DNA from: Octopus sinensis
Lineage: Eukaryota
NCBI RefSeq assembly: GCF_006345805.1
Contig: NC_043024.1
Span: forward strand, 1,116,001 to 1,180,000
Length of the DNA stretch: 64,000 nucleotides
Reading direction: 5' to 3'
Positions within the stretch are counted from its first letter, which is position 1; each line of letters opens with the position of its first letter. The notes beneath the pieces are model-generated. The model was not told the origin of the DNA. It saw only the letters and a program-made list of their open reading frames with translations, and did no database searches. Positions 51,961 through 62,995 of this stretch are shown piece after piece. A program made the translations under genes and the position numbers.

Positions 51961-52501
51961 CATTTAATTATTACTATTATCGACATGGTTGTCGTTGATG
52001 ACAGAAAGAAACCATCACCATCTTTGCCTGTCGATCTTTGGAATGGTGGCCTGCTTGTGGCTTATTCTCTTACAGATCATCTTGCCCCGTCCTCCACAAA
52101 CACATCTCATTGCTTTGTATATACACACATACTATTGTGGACAATCAATACCTTTTAGATGAAACATCAGCCATTACTAAGTAATTCTATAAAGTCTCTT
52201 TCATGTTTGTGTGTAAGTGTTATGCTAAATTTGTACACGTATATGTATGCATTTGTATATGTATCAGTGTATATATTTGTGTGTGTGTATTTATATACAT
52301 GCACATATATGTGCACACATAATATATATAGTATGGCTCTGTGTGTGTGTGTTTATATATATGTTGTATTCTCATCTAAAATAGAGATGAGTACAAATAT
52401 TTCCATATGGAATGCTTAAACAATTGTGAAGATCTCTTCACATGAAACCATTGGTTGCTTTGTTAACCCACAAATAAAGTATATACATGTATATGCTTAT
52501 A

Positions 52502-52638
52502 TTGGCGTTAGGAAGGGCATCCAGCTGTAGAAACTCTGCCAGATCAGACTGGAGCCTGGTGCGGCCCCTGGCTTCCCAGACCCTGGTCGAACCGTCCAAC
52601 CCGCGGAAAACGGACGTTAAACGATGATGATGATGATG

Positions 52639-52640
<2 letters not shown>
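52502..52640 (+). mobile_element. short RTE-LINE 3' end (family C)
   Basis: TTGGCGTTAGGAAGGGCATCC through the GAT tail. Confidence 0.85.
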
Positions 52641-52716
<76 letters not shown>

Positions 52717-52729
52717 TATATATGTATTA

Positions 52730-52760
<31 letters not shown>

Positions 52761-53581
52761 CCTCACTGCCACAACTGCACCTACACACTCACTCACACAC
52801 TGTATAAAACTAACTTTTAGATTAATTCAAATATGTTTGGGACATATGACGTGTATCAAGGCCATTTTCACCATGGGTTTGCCATGGAGAAATATGTAAA
52901 TAATAGGTGTTGAAACACCATCTGTCATTCCAGGGCCAGCCTCTGTGTTTGTGAAGGATCTATACATCTTACATTGCAAACACCAGCTTAATTATGACAA
53001 ATTTTTCATTACTTTCAGAATTAATTGATCCAAAAAGCAGCTTCTTTCAACTGAAAAAATATGGTAACAAAACAGTTTAAAATGTTCTAAGCCAAAACTT
53101 TCTGTCAAAATTTCAAGTTAATTTATGTTCCAACTTAATTATGGCAAAATAATTTTATCAAGTTCTTCTTATTTTGAAACTTAATTGAAGCAACGGCATC
53201 ATCATCATCATCATCATCGTTTAATGTCTGACGACGATGATGATGATGATGTGGAAACCAAACAATTTAAGCTCTTAACTCCCACTCTCTGTTTCTCGTG
53301 TGTGACAAAACGATGAGAAATATAACTCTCATTTAAGTACCACGTTAAGTGTAGTACTTCAGTTGGTGTGTTTGTGGGTTCAATCTATGTGTCTGTCCGA
53401 AAGAATGTATCTTGGTTGAAGTGGAACATGTAAATGACTTTACAAGTGGAGAAGAGAATGAGAATGCATTGGCTGTTGTTGGTCTAATAAAGGGTTTAGC
53501 AGTTCACAATTCTTAGAATGTTACCAAATATAAGAGACACTTGAAGAAAGCTGGAGATTATGATAGATAAAGAGTTATGTG

Positions 53582-53613
<32 letters not shown>

Positions 53614-53680
53614 ATATATATATACGTTTATATATTTGTTGTGCAAGATTTTTTATGTGAAGTCGTGTGTTGAAACAGAC

Positions 53681-54021
53681 ATTGTTGTATTTCGGAATGG
53701 TCATATTGCCAGTTTAGCCAATAAAAACACACGCACTATATATTTGGTGTTATTTTGCTTCAGTGTTATCTATTTTTTACATTAATCTTAATCTTATTTC
53801 GGCCAGAGTTCTTTCGTCACACTCCTGTGACCGCATCAGTGGTCCTTTGTTTTCTTCTCACTTATTTGTGTCTCTCCTTACTAACCGAAAGAACTCTGGC
53901 CGAAATAAGATTAAGATTAATGTAAAAAATAAATAACACTGAAACAAAGTAACACCAAATATATTGTGCGTGTGTTTTTATTGGCTAAACTGGCAAAATG
54001 ACCATTCCAAAATATAACAAT
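53681..54021. repeat. inverted repeat, 136-bp arms (7 mismatches), 69-bp spacer
   Basis: 53681-53816 versus 53886-54021. Confidence 0.96.
53801..53845 (-). ncRNA. minimal type I hammerhead-like motif (variant core CUGAUGCG)
   Basis: GGACCA-CUGAUG-CG-GUCAC-aggagu-GUGAC-GAAA-GAA-CUC|UGGCC; perfect 5-bp stem II. Confidence 0.55.
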
Positions 54022-54132
54022 ATATATATATATATATATATGCATGCATATGTGTGTGTGTATAAGAATTTTTTGTGTAATAAGATAAAAAAACCAAGGC
54101 TGTATAGATATTAGAGCATTTATAGATAGAAG

Positions 54133-54184
54133 GTCTTACAGCTGTTTCTAGGATATTTATGAATTATATCCCTTCATCAGAGAC
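54133..54184 (-). ncRNA. minimal type I hammerhead-like motif with palindromic stem III
   Basis: GUCU-CUGAUGA-AGGGAUA-(11 nt)-UAUCCUA-GAAA-CAGCUG-UA|AGAC; ACAGCUGU is self-complementary. Confidence 0.7.
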
Positions 54185-54681
54185 GGTGTGAGAGGATAGT
54201 TAAGTCATAGTTAGTTTATATGTATATGTATTGTCTGTGTTTGGGTTTATCTCCCACCCCACCCCATGACAATTATGTTGGTTTGTTTCAAACCCATAAC
54301 TTAGTGGTTTGGCAAAAGAGACCGATAGTTCCAGATTCTAAAAAAACAAATTCTAGAGTCGATTTCTCTGACTAAGACCCTTCAAGGCATGCCCCAGCAT
54401 GGCCACAGTTCAAGGACTGAAACCTGTTTTACCTTTTTACTAGTTTCAGTCATTAGACTGCGGCCATGCTGGAGCACTACCTTAAAGAATTTTTAGCTAA
54501 TGGCAGAATCATTAGCACACCAAGCGAAACGCTTAGCAGTGTTTCATCTGTCTTCACGTTCTGAGTTCAAATGCTGCCAGGTTGACTTTGCCTTTTGTCC
54601 TTTCGGGATCAGTAAATTAAGTTGATGTAATCAACTCATCCCTTTCCCCCAAATTTCAGGCCTTGTGCCTATAGAAGAAAG

Positions 54682-54724
<43 letters not shown>

Positions 54725-54792
54725 ATAATATATATACGTTTATATATTTGTTGTGCAAGATTTTTTATGTGAAGTCGTGTGTTGAAACAGAC

Positions 54793-55133
54793 ATTGTTGT
54801 ATTTCGGAATGGTCATATTGCCAGTTTAGCCAATAAAAACACACGCACTATATATTTGGTGTTATTTTGCTTCAGTGTTATCTATTTTTTACATTAATCT
54901 TAATCTTATTTCGGCCAGAGTTCTTTCGTCACACTCCTGTGACCGCATCAGTGGTCCTTTGTTTTCTTCTCACTTATTTGTGTCTCTCCTTACTAACCGA
55001 AAGAACTCTGGCCGAAATAAGATTAAGATTAATGTAAAAAATAAATAACACTGAAACAAAGTAACACCAAATATATTGTGCGTGTGTTTTTATTGGCTAA
55101 ACTGGCAAAATGACCATTCCAAAATATAACAAT
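54793..55133. repeat. second copy of the 136-bp-arm inverted repeat
   Basis: Part of the 1.11-kb duplication. Confidence 0.95.
54913..54957 (-). ncRNA. duplicate of the 53801 hammerhead-like motif
   Basis: Identical sequence. Confidence 0.55.
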
Positions 55134-55243
55134 ATATATATATATATATATATGCATGCATATGTGTGTGTATAAGAATTTTTTGTGTAATAAGATAAAA
55201 AAAACCAAGGCTGTATAGATATTAGAGCATTTATAGATAGAAG

Positions 55244-55295
55244 GTCTTACAGCTGTTTCTAGGATATTTATGAATTATATCCCTTCATCAGAGAC
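55244..55295 (-). ncRNA. duplicate of the 54133 hammerhead-like motif
   Basis: Identical sequence. Confidence 0.7.
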
Positions 55296-55793
55296 GGTGT
55301 GAGAGGATAGTTAAGTCATAGTTAGTTTATATGTATATGTATTGTCTGTGTTTGGGTTTATCTCCCACCCCACCCCATGACAATTATGTTGGTTTGTTTC
55401 AAACCCATAACTTAGTGGTTTGGCAAAAGAGACCGATAGTTCCAGATTCTAAAAAAACAAATTCTAGAGTCGATTTCTCTGACTAAGACCCTTCAAGGCA
55501 TGCCCCAGCATGGCCACAGTTCAAGACTGAAACCTGTTTTACCTTTTTACTAGTTTCAGTCATTAGACTGCGGCCATGCTGGAGCACTACCTTAAAGAAT
55601 TTTTAGCTAATGGCAGAATCATTAGCACACCAAGCGAAACGCTTAGCAGTGTTTCATCTGTCTTCACGTTCTGAGTTCAAATGCTGCCAGGGTTGACTTT
55701 GCCTTTTGTCCTTTCGGGATCAGTAAATTAAGTTGATGTAATCAACTCATCCCTTTCCCCCAAATTTCAGGCCTTGTGCCTATAGAAGAAAGG

Positions 55794-55846
<53 letters not shown>

Positions 55847-56846
55847 GACAGGCTTCTTTCAGTTTCCATCTACCAAATCCACTCACAAGGCTTTGGTCAG
55901 CCCGAGGCTATAATAGAAGACACTCTCCAAGGTGTCATGCAGTGGGACTGAACCTGAAAGCATGTGGTTGGGAGAAAAGCTTCTTACCACATAGCCATGC
56001 CTACAACAGGCTCCTTTCAGTTTCTGTCTACCAAATCCAGTCACAAAGCTTTAAGTTGGTCTGAGCCCTAGTAGAAGACATTTGCCCAAGGTGTCACACA
56101 GCAGGACAAAATCAAAAGTTCATATATAGGTACATGTGTGTGTGTAACTATCTACCTATCCATCTCTCTCTCTCTATCTATCTGTCTATCTATCTATCTG
56201 TTTGTCTATCTATTTATCTACCTACCTGTCTACCTATCTATCTATCAATCAATCAATCAAGCTATCTATCAACCTGTCTTTCTCTCCCTATCTCCCTATA
56301 TCTATCTACTTATCTATCTATCTATCTGTCTGTCTCTCTATCTATCCATCTATCTATCTATCTATCTATCTACCTGTCTATATGCATGTACATAAGCGTA
56401 GGCAGAACATGATCGCTATCTTGTAAGTGCAAATTCTAAGTGCCAATTTTATCAGATGTCTGTGTGTGTGTGTGCATATACACCACTTCAGTATTTATTT
56501 TAACCGACTTCAGACTTCAGGAAACATAATATTTTGTTTGTACAATTGCTGTGAGTTTCTCAGCAAAGTGTACTCTTTTGCTATCAACTCCTGTCACTCC
56601 TTGTCACTGCACCAGAAAAACTTTCCAATCTTGTGACCTGAAGTTAATGGCCTAAAGATGTTTGTCATGATGCAGACTCGTTAGGCCTTGACACAGTTGG
56701 CAGCAGCAGCAGCAGCCACTGGTTTGTAACGGCTACTGTAATCAACTTCCATCTATAATTTTATTTCCTGTGTATATGTGTGTGTGTGTGTGTTTGGGTG
56801 AGATCGAGAGAGCAGGAGAGAGTCTGTGTTTGCTTGTGTGTACATG

Positions 56847-56889
<43 letters not shown>

Positions 56890-56953
56890 GTGTGTGTGTG
56901 TGTGTATATATAATATATATATATATAATATATATATAATATATATACATATA

Positions 56954-57013
<60 letters not shown>

Positions 57014-57099
57014 ATATGTGGTTGTGTGTGTTGTATATATCTATATATATATATATATATATAATATATATATATAATACACATATATATGTGTGTGTG

Positions 57100-57140
<41 letters not shown>

Positions 57141-57944
57141 TAATACACACATATATATGTGTGTGTGTGTATATATATATTATATATATATATATATGCA
57201 CATATATATGTGTGTGTGTGTGTATATATCTATATATACACACACATATACATATATATATATACACACATATACATATATATATATTATATATATATAA
57301 TATATGATATATATATTTAATCTGTTTTATGTTCAAACTGACTAGATCCAGGCTCTCACACTTACCCTACAATGTCATTCTACATTAAGTAATTACACCA
57401 TCAAGATCTTGAAGATATGAGATAATGCATGATTAATTCAAATCAATGGGAATCAATAGGCATTGTGTTTGATAGAATAATCTGAACACTAAAGGGTTAA
57501 AGATGTCCCATTAGATCTTCATAATTAAATCTTATGGGGAATTGTATTAAAAAAATTGTGAAACATTTTGTGTATTGTAGAAATCTGGCCAATTTATTGC
57601 AGATAAATTTCAGCAAAATCCTTCATGGATCCCCAAGGATTATATGGACCCTCGTCTGCAAATCATTGAAATCCTATTTTTCTCAATCATTTTTTTTTTA
57701 GCTTTGAACACCTTTCATTCTTGTTTTAATTGGATGGATCCCCACAGTCATTTGATGTTTAAAAAATCCTGTTACATTTTTAGAATTAAATATTCTTTGA
57801 AATTCTATAAAAATAAAGATTGTTAAAATATTTTGTGTACTATAGAAATATGAACAATTTACTGCGGATTAATTTTAACAGCAAAATCATAAATGGGTCT
57901 CCAGGATCATGTGGACCCTTGGTTGAAAACCACTGAAACCCAGT

Positions 57945-58458
57945 TACTCTCTATCAGGCATTTGCCATATTCTGAACGCCTTACTTCCTTGGGCATGGAT
58001 ACATTGAAACTCCGACGTCTGGCGGCTGACTTGGCAGACACCCCTAAAATTATTAACCATCTTACAAACAATAACTCTGAGCACCTTTTCAAAACTCCAC
58101 CTGTCTAACACCTGTGGACATGTTTACAAAGTCAGAAAACAGCACAGCTCCCATGACTTCCAGAAACAATTTTTCAAGCTAAGAGTTGCTGAAGTATGGA
58201 ACAAACTGCCGGCATCAGTTGTTAGTTGTCGGAGCACTGCATCCTTCAAAACTTCCATGCTTCCTGAGATTCGCCAACACTACACCTGATCTTTCTCCCC
58301 TCCATACACACACAAGCATGTATCTGACTCATACACTGTTCACTTTCCAGACATTTCTACATTACTGCATGTACTTTATATGCACTTTTGACAAGTTGTG
58401 GTGCACCTGAGCACTGTAAACAACAAGTTCATTATTATTATTATTATTATTATTATTA
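57945..58458 (+). mobile_element. CR1/L2-like LINE 3' fragment with (ATT)n tail
   Basis: YSERLTSLGMDTLKLRRLAADL...GHVYKV...FF..RV.EVWNKLPASVV...SFK, typical of a CR1-group ORF2 C-terminus. Confidence 0.88.
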
Positions 58459-58839
58459 ATTGAAAACAATGTAAATAAATAAGCATTCCATTTGGCCTAA
58501 TAATCTGATTCTTAGAGGCTTAAAACCAACCAACCAACCATATCCAGTGCAAATATTCTTCTGGTTTTATGTCCAAAGTGGCCATATTAGACCTCTCACA
58601 CTTTCCCTACAATGTTATTCTAAAAATAAACTAACAGGTCATTGGAATCTTAAAGCTACAAGATAGTGCATGATTAATTTAAAACAATGAATAAGAATTA
58701 TATTTGGCAGAAGAATCTGAAAGCTAAAGGGTTGAAGAACCAGCCATGTCTGTCCAAATATTCTGGACTTGTTTTCTGTTCAAACTGACCACATCAGACA
58801 TCTCACACACTTCATTCTAAAAATAAACAAACGCATCAT

Positions 58840-59040
58840 GGCCGGTGCCAGCCTCCCCTGGCACATAAAAAGCACCCACTACACTCTCGGAGTGGTTGGC
58901 ATTAGGAAGGGCATCCACCTGTAGAAACACTGCCAGATCAGACTGGAGCCTGGTACAGCCTCCTGGCTTCCCAGACCCCAGTCAAACTGTCCAACCCATG
59001 CTAGCATGGAAAACGGACGTTAAACGATGATGATGATGAT
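58840..59040 (+). mobile_element. RTE-LINE 3' end (family C)
   Basis: Family C motifs and GAT tail. Confidence 0.85.
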
Positions 59041-59211
59041 CATCATCATCATCAAAGTCTTGAAGCTGTGAGAGAATGCCGGATAAACCTAAAACAATGT
59101 GAATAAATAAGCATTCCATTTGAACAAGTAATCTGAAGGCTAAAGGTTTAACGAAAGGAGATTTGGCTGCTATTTCTAGTAGGTTGAGAGACAAAGCAGT
59201 TCTATTCTTCG

Positions 59212-59411
59212 TTAATTCCTTTGTTACCGTTCTTTCGTTTCAATTAATTTTGAAAATAATGAAAGAATTTAGTAAAATAACTTTGTCGTTCTTCAGCTGA
59301 AGTCTGGAACATAGATAAATTAACGAGAAATTCGGTTTTAATTAGACGACTTTAAAACAGGAAGTGTTTATTAGAGAAGCAGGGGTGGCAGTTTGGTACC
59401 AAAATGGTTAA
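59212..59411. mobile_element. degenerate piggyBac-like MITE
   Basis: TTAA at both ends, decayed CCCTTT.GTTACC-type TIRs; related sequence at 8540-8810 and 45600-45764. Confidence 0.4.
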
Positions 59412-60260
59412 ACGAATACTGTAACGAAGTTAATTAATTATAAATATACCCTCATTCCTTGTACACCCTGGGCCTGTAAAACACTAGGGTCTCTGACTGT
59501 TTTAGTTAATTATTGGTGTGAAATTAATTAATGAGCTGTATTCCTTACATGCAAGCCTGTACAACGTGAATATATGTGATTGTTCTGTTAGAAATAGCAG
59601 CCAAGTCTCCCTCAGATCATTCCTTACTATTGTAAATAAGGAGAGAGTAGGATTGTGACGAGAAGAATGCCTTTGAGCATGAGTTGACAGGGTTAGGGTT
59701 GACCTGGGGTTAAACAAACTGAATCATGGATCTAGAACAGATGAGGGGAGGAGGAGTCTGTAACTGGTTGTTTGACCTACTAGAAGTAGCAGCAAAATGT
59801 CCCTCAAATCACACCTTAGGAAGAAAAGATTATATCACAGGATATTAGAAAGATGATAGATTGTCTGAAACAAGTATGAGTTGGTCATGGATGGAATGGT
59901 TTTGATTACTGGTCTTTACGATCAGGCCTGACCTGGGGCTAAACAAGAAAAGCTACTGCATTCTGTGGCTGATAAAATTGTTTGCATTCTTGTTGCTGGT
60001 GTTGTTTTTTTGCAAAAATGTTGGGTGGAACAGAAAGATGTGTGTGTGACCATCTCTATTACAGCAGTCATTACCACTTCCACCCTGTGTGCTTGTGTGT
60101 GTGTGTGCGTGTGTGTGTGAGTGCAGCTGTGATGTTTTATTTTCCGCCAGCCAAATTGAATACAAGTACGGTAAAGTTAGTATTATCACATCGAAGAGAG
60201 AAGACGATGTTAGTCAATGACTAAAAAAGATTTTGATTGTTTCAGCATTCAGAGGAAATA

Positions 60261-60304
60261 ACTCAAGACATGTTTCAGCCTTGTTATGACTTCATCAGTG
60301 AAGT
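60261..60304 (-). ncRNA. minimal type I hammerhead-like motif, core intact
   Basis: ACUUCA-CUGAUGA-AGUC-auaacaa-GGCU-GAAA-CAUG-UC|UUGAGU; palindromic ACAUGU stem III and GUC triplet; stem I has one mismatch. Confidence 0.72.
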
Positions 60305-60409
60305 ATAGATTTTTCTCTATCTGAAGTAATGATGACAGAATTATTCAGCAAAATGAATGCAGCCCGACATTACACACTAGCTGGGATAGAGAAATAGACC
60401 TGTATAGAA

Positions 60410-60640
60410 CAGGGGGCGGTGAAGTACCACCCTCGCCTGCTGACAGAACCTCTAAAAAACATGATGAAGAAATGGTTTAAGTCTTGGGAGTAAATCAAAC
60501 CATAATTCCATATAAGTTGCATAACAATAAATTTGTACAATCAACGATGCTTTATTTTCCTCAGACCAGAAATGTCCCATCTGTTTTTATGCACTTACAA
60601 CTACCCCCTTGGTACTAAAAAAAGGCTAGCCCTGCCCCTG
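60410..60640. mobile_element. hAT-type MITE
   Basis: CAGGGGGCGG / CCTGCCCCTG termini; flanks GTATAGAA / GTTTAGAG (6/8). Confidence 0.5.
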
Positions 60641-61024
60641 GTTTAGAGAATAAAATAACTTTGTGATGTTTTAACTTCTGCAATATTCCCTCCCCCTCCT
60701 CCTTCAACCCACTCTTGCCTCTCCTTCTCTCTTCCTCCCCTGATTCCCCATATTCCAGATGCTTCCACTCTCATGGTTTTACTGTATTCTATTTCTTGTA
60801 GAGAATTTAGAAGCATTATAAGTGAGAACAGGGTTCTATAGTGGCTGCAGTTGTTGTAGTTGGAATTTAGAAATATTTCAATGCATTGCTATGCACGTTT
60901 CCTCAAATCACCTGTCTCTTATGATCAGAGTCTGCATTCCTGGGACGATTACTGAAGAGTCCTTAGTATCCGTGGGCATCGGGTTGATCATCTTCATGGA
61001 TTCATTTCTTCAGGCAATATAACA

Positions 61025-62015
61025 TTCATCATCATCATCATCATCGTTTAATGTCCGCTTTCCATGCTGCACGATTTTGACTGAGGGCTGGTGAACCAGA
61101 TGGTTGCACCAGGCTCCAATCTTGATCTGGCAGAGATTCTACAGCTGGATGCCCTTCCTAAAGCCAACCACTCTAAGACTGTAGTGGGTGCTTTTTACGT
61201 GCCACCGGCACAGAGGTCAGTCAGGCGGTACTGGCAATGACCTCGCTCAAATCTTTTTACACATGCCACCGGCACAGGTGCCAGTAAGGCGACGTTGGTA
61301 ACGATCACGCTCGAATGGTGCCCTTTTACGTGCCACCGGCATGGAAGCCAGTTGGCTGCTCTGGCAACAATCAAGCTCGGATGGTGCTCTTGGCACCCTA
61401 CTAGCATGGGCACAAGTGCCAGTAAGGCGACACTGGTAACGATCACACTCGAATGGTGCCCTTTTATGTGCCACTGGCACGGAAGCCGATTAGCCACTCT
61501 GTCAACGATCACACTCATATGGTGCTCTTTGCACCCTGCTAGCATGGATGCCAGTCATTGAATTTGATTTTGATTTCACTTGCCTCAACAGGTCTTTGCA
61601 AGCAAGGTTTAGTGACCAAAGAAGGAAAAGGTACGCATAAGCGGGGTGGTTATGCTCCTGGCATAGGCCACAGTTTATGGTCTCATTTGGCTTGCCATAA
61701 CTTCTCAAACACAGCATATTTCCAAAAGTCTCGGTCACTAGTCATTGCCTCGGTAAGGCCTAATGTTCAAAGGTCATGCTTCACCACTTCATCCCAGGTC
61801 TTCCTGGGACTACCTCTTCCACAGGTTCCCTCAACCGCTAGGGTGTGGTACTTTCTCACACAACTATCCTCATCCATTCTCGCCACATGACCATACCAGC
61901 ACAGTCGTCTCTCTTGCACACCACAACTGATGCTTCTTAGGTCCAACTTTTCTCTCAAGGTACTTACACTCTGTCGAGTATGAACACTGACATTACACAT
62001 CCATCGAATCATACT
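61025..62015 (-). mobile_element. RTE-LINE 3' fragment (~1 kb: RT C-terminus + modular 3' UTR + GAT tail)
   Basis: MIRWMCNVS...RRLCWYGHVARMDEDSCVRK...GRGSPRKTWDEVVKHDL, contiguous with the family C end; this shows that family C is this LINE's 3' end. Confidence 0.92.
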
Positions 62016-62825
62016 AACATTATTATTACAATAATATTACTGCATGTGTGTGTGTGTGTATGTGTTACTCTTTCCTTGCCTTGACATTACGTGACGGTTG
62101 GAAATGAGTGTCACTGTCAAGCAACGTAGAGTCCTTTGTTTCAAATTCTCAGGGAAAACGTGTCCAGAAATGAGGAAATATCACCTTGCTTGGAAATATG
62201 CGGAGGACTTGCAACAGAAATCTGCCTGAACAAATTCCATCTGACCCATGCAAGCATGGAAAAATGGACGTTAAAACGACGACGACGATGATTAAGTGAA
62301 TGAATAAATAATCTGTTTTGGAGTCTGTGTTGATGAGGAGAGTGTTCCGAAGGTTGTGGAAGAGTCCCGAGACACTGTCGCAGTTGTATAGCCTTAGTTC
62401 AGCAATGATAAAACAAACCTCTCATCAGGAACATTCCAGCCGTGACCAGCCCATCTTTCAGGTACTGTCTTTTTAGGACTACATAATCTAAATATACAGG
62501 GGTTTATTTCCCTTAAAGATGTGTTATTTGAGAAAGATATGGCTGCTGTTTCTAGCAAACTGAGTGACTGCGAAGAGGCTCCCTCATCGGCCAGCGATTT
62601 TGTAGTAGTGTTTTGGGATGTTGCCGCGGTGATTGTGTGTTTAAGCGGTTGTTTAGCTCTAATTGAGCAAGACATTCCAGCCGTGACCAGCCTTTCAGAC
62701 ATAATATAATTCTTTTTGAGAGAAATCTGGCTGTTTTTTCTAGCAATCTTAGTGGTCATATGGAATGTCCTCGTTCCCATGGTGTTTGAGGTGGTTGGGT
62801 GAATACTGGTGGTAATTATTATTTT

Positions 62826-62995
62826 GGGGGCGAGCTGGCAGAGTCGTTAGTTATGCCGGTCAAAGTATTTAGTGGTATTTCGTCCGTCAGTCCGAGGTCG
62901 ATAAAATAAGTACCAGTTGAGCACTGGGGTCGATGTAATCGACTAACACCATCCTCCGAAATTGCTGGCCTTGTGCCAAAATTTGAAACCATTAT
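62826..62995 (+). mobile_element. SINE family B
   Basis: Family B head and ACTGGGGTCGATGTAATCGAC motif. Confidence 0.8.

Larger units (their letters stand above)
53579..55800. repeat. ~1.11-kb near-identical direct tandem duplication
   Basis: Offset 1111-1112 (53625 vs 54737; 54661 vs 55772); junctions fall in (TA)n. Confidence 0.96.

Noticed and set aside
60327-60480. Candidate last exon ...DREIDLYRTGGGEVPPSPADRTSKKHDEEMV*
   Set aside because: Its 3' half lies inside the hAT-type MITE at 60410-60640.
62394-62780. 128-aa minus-strand ORF
   Set aside because: Largely composed of two copies of a dispersed repeat; no domain recognised.
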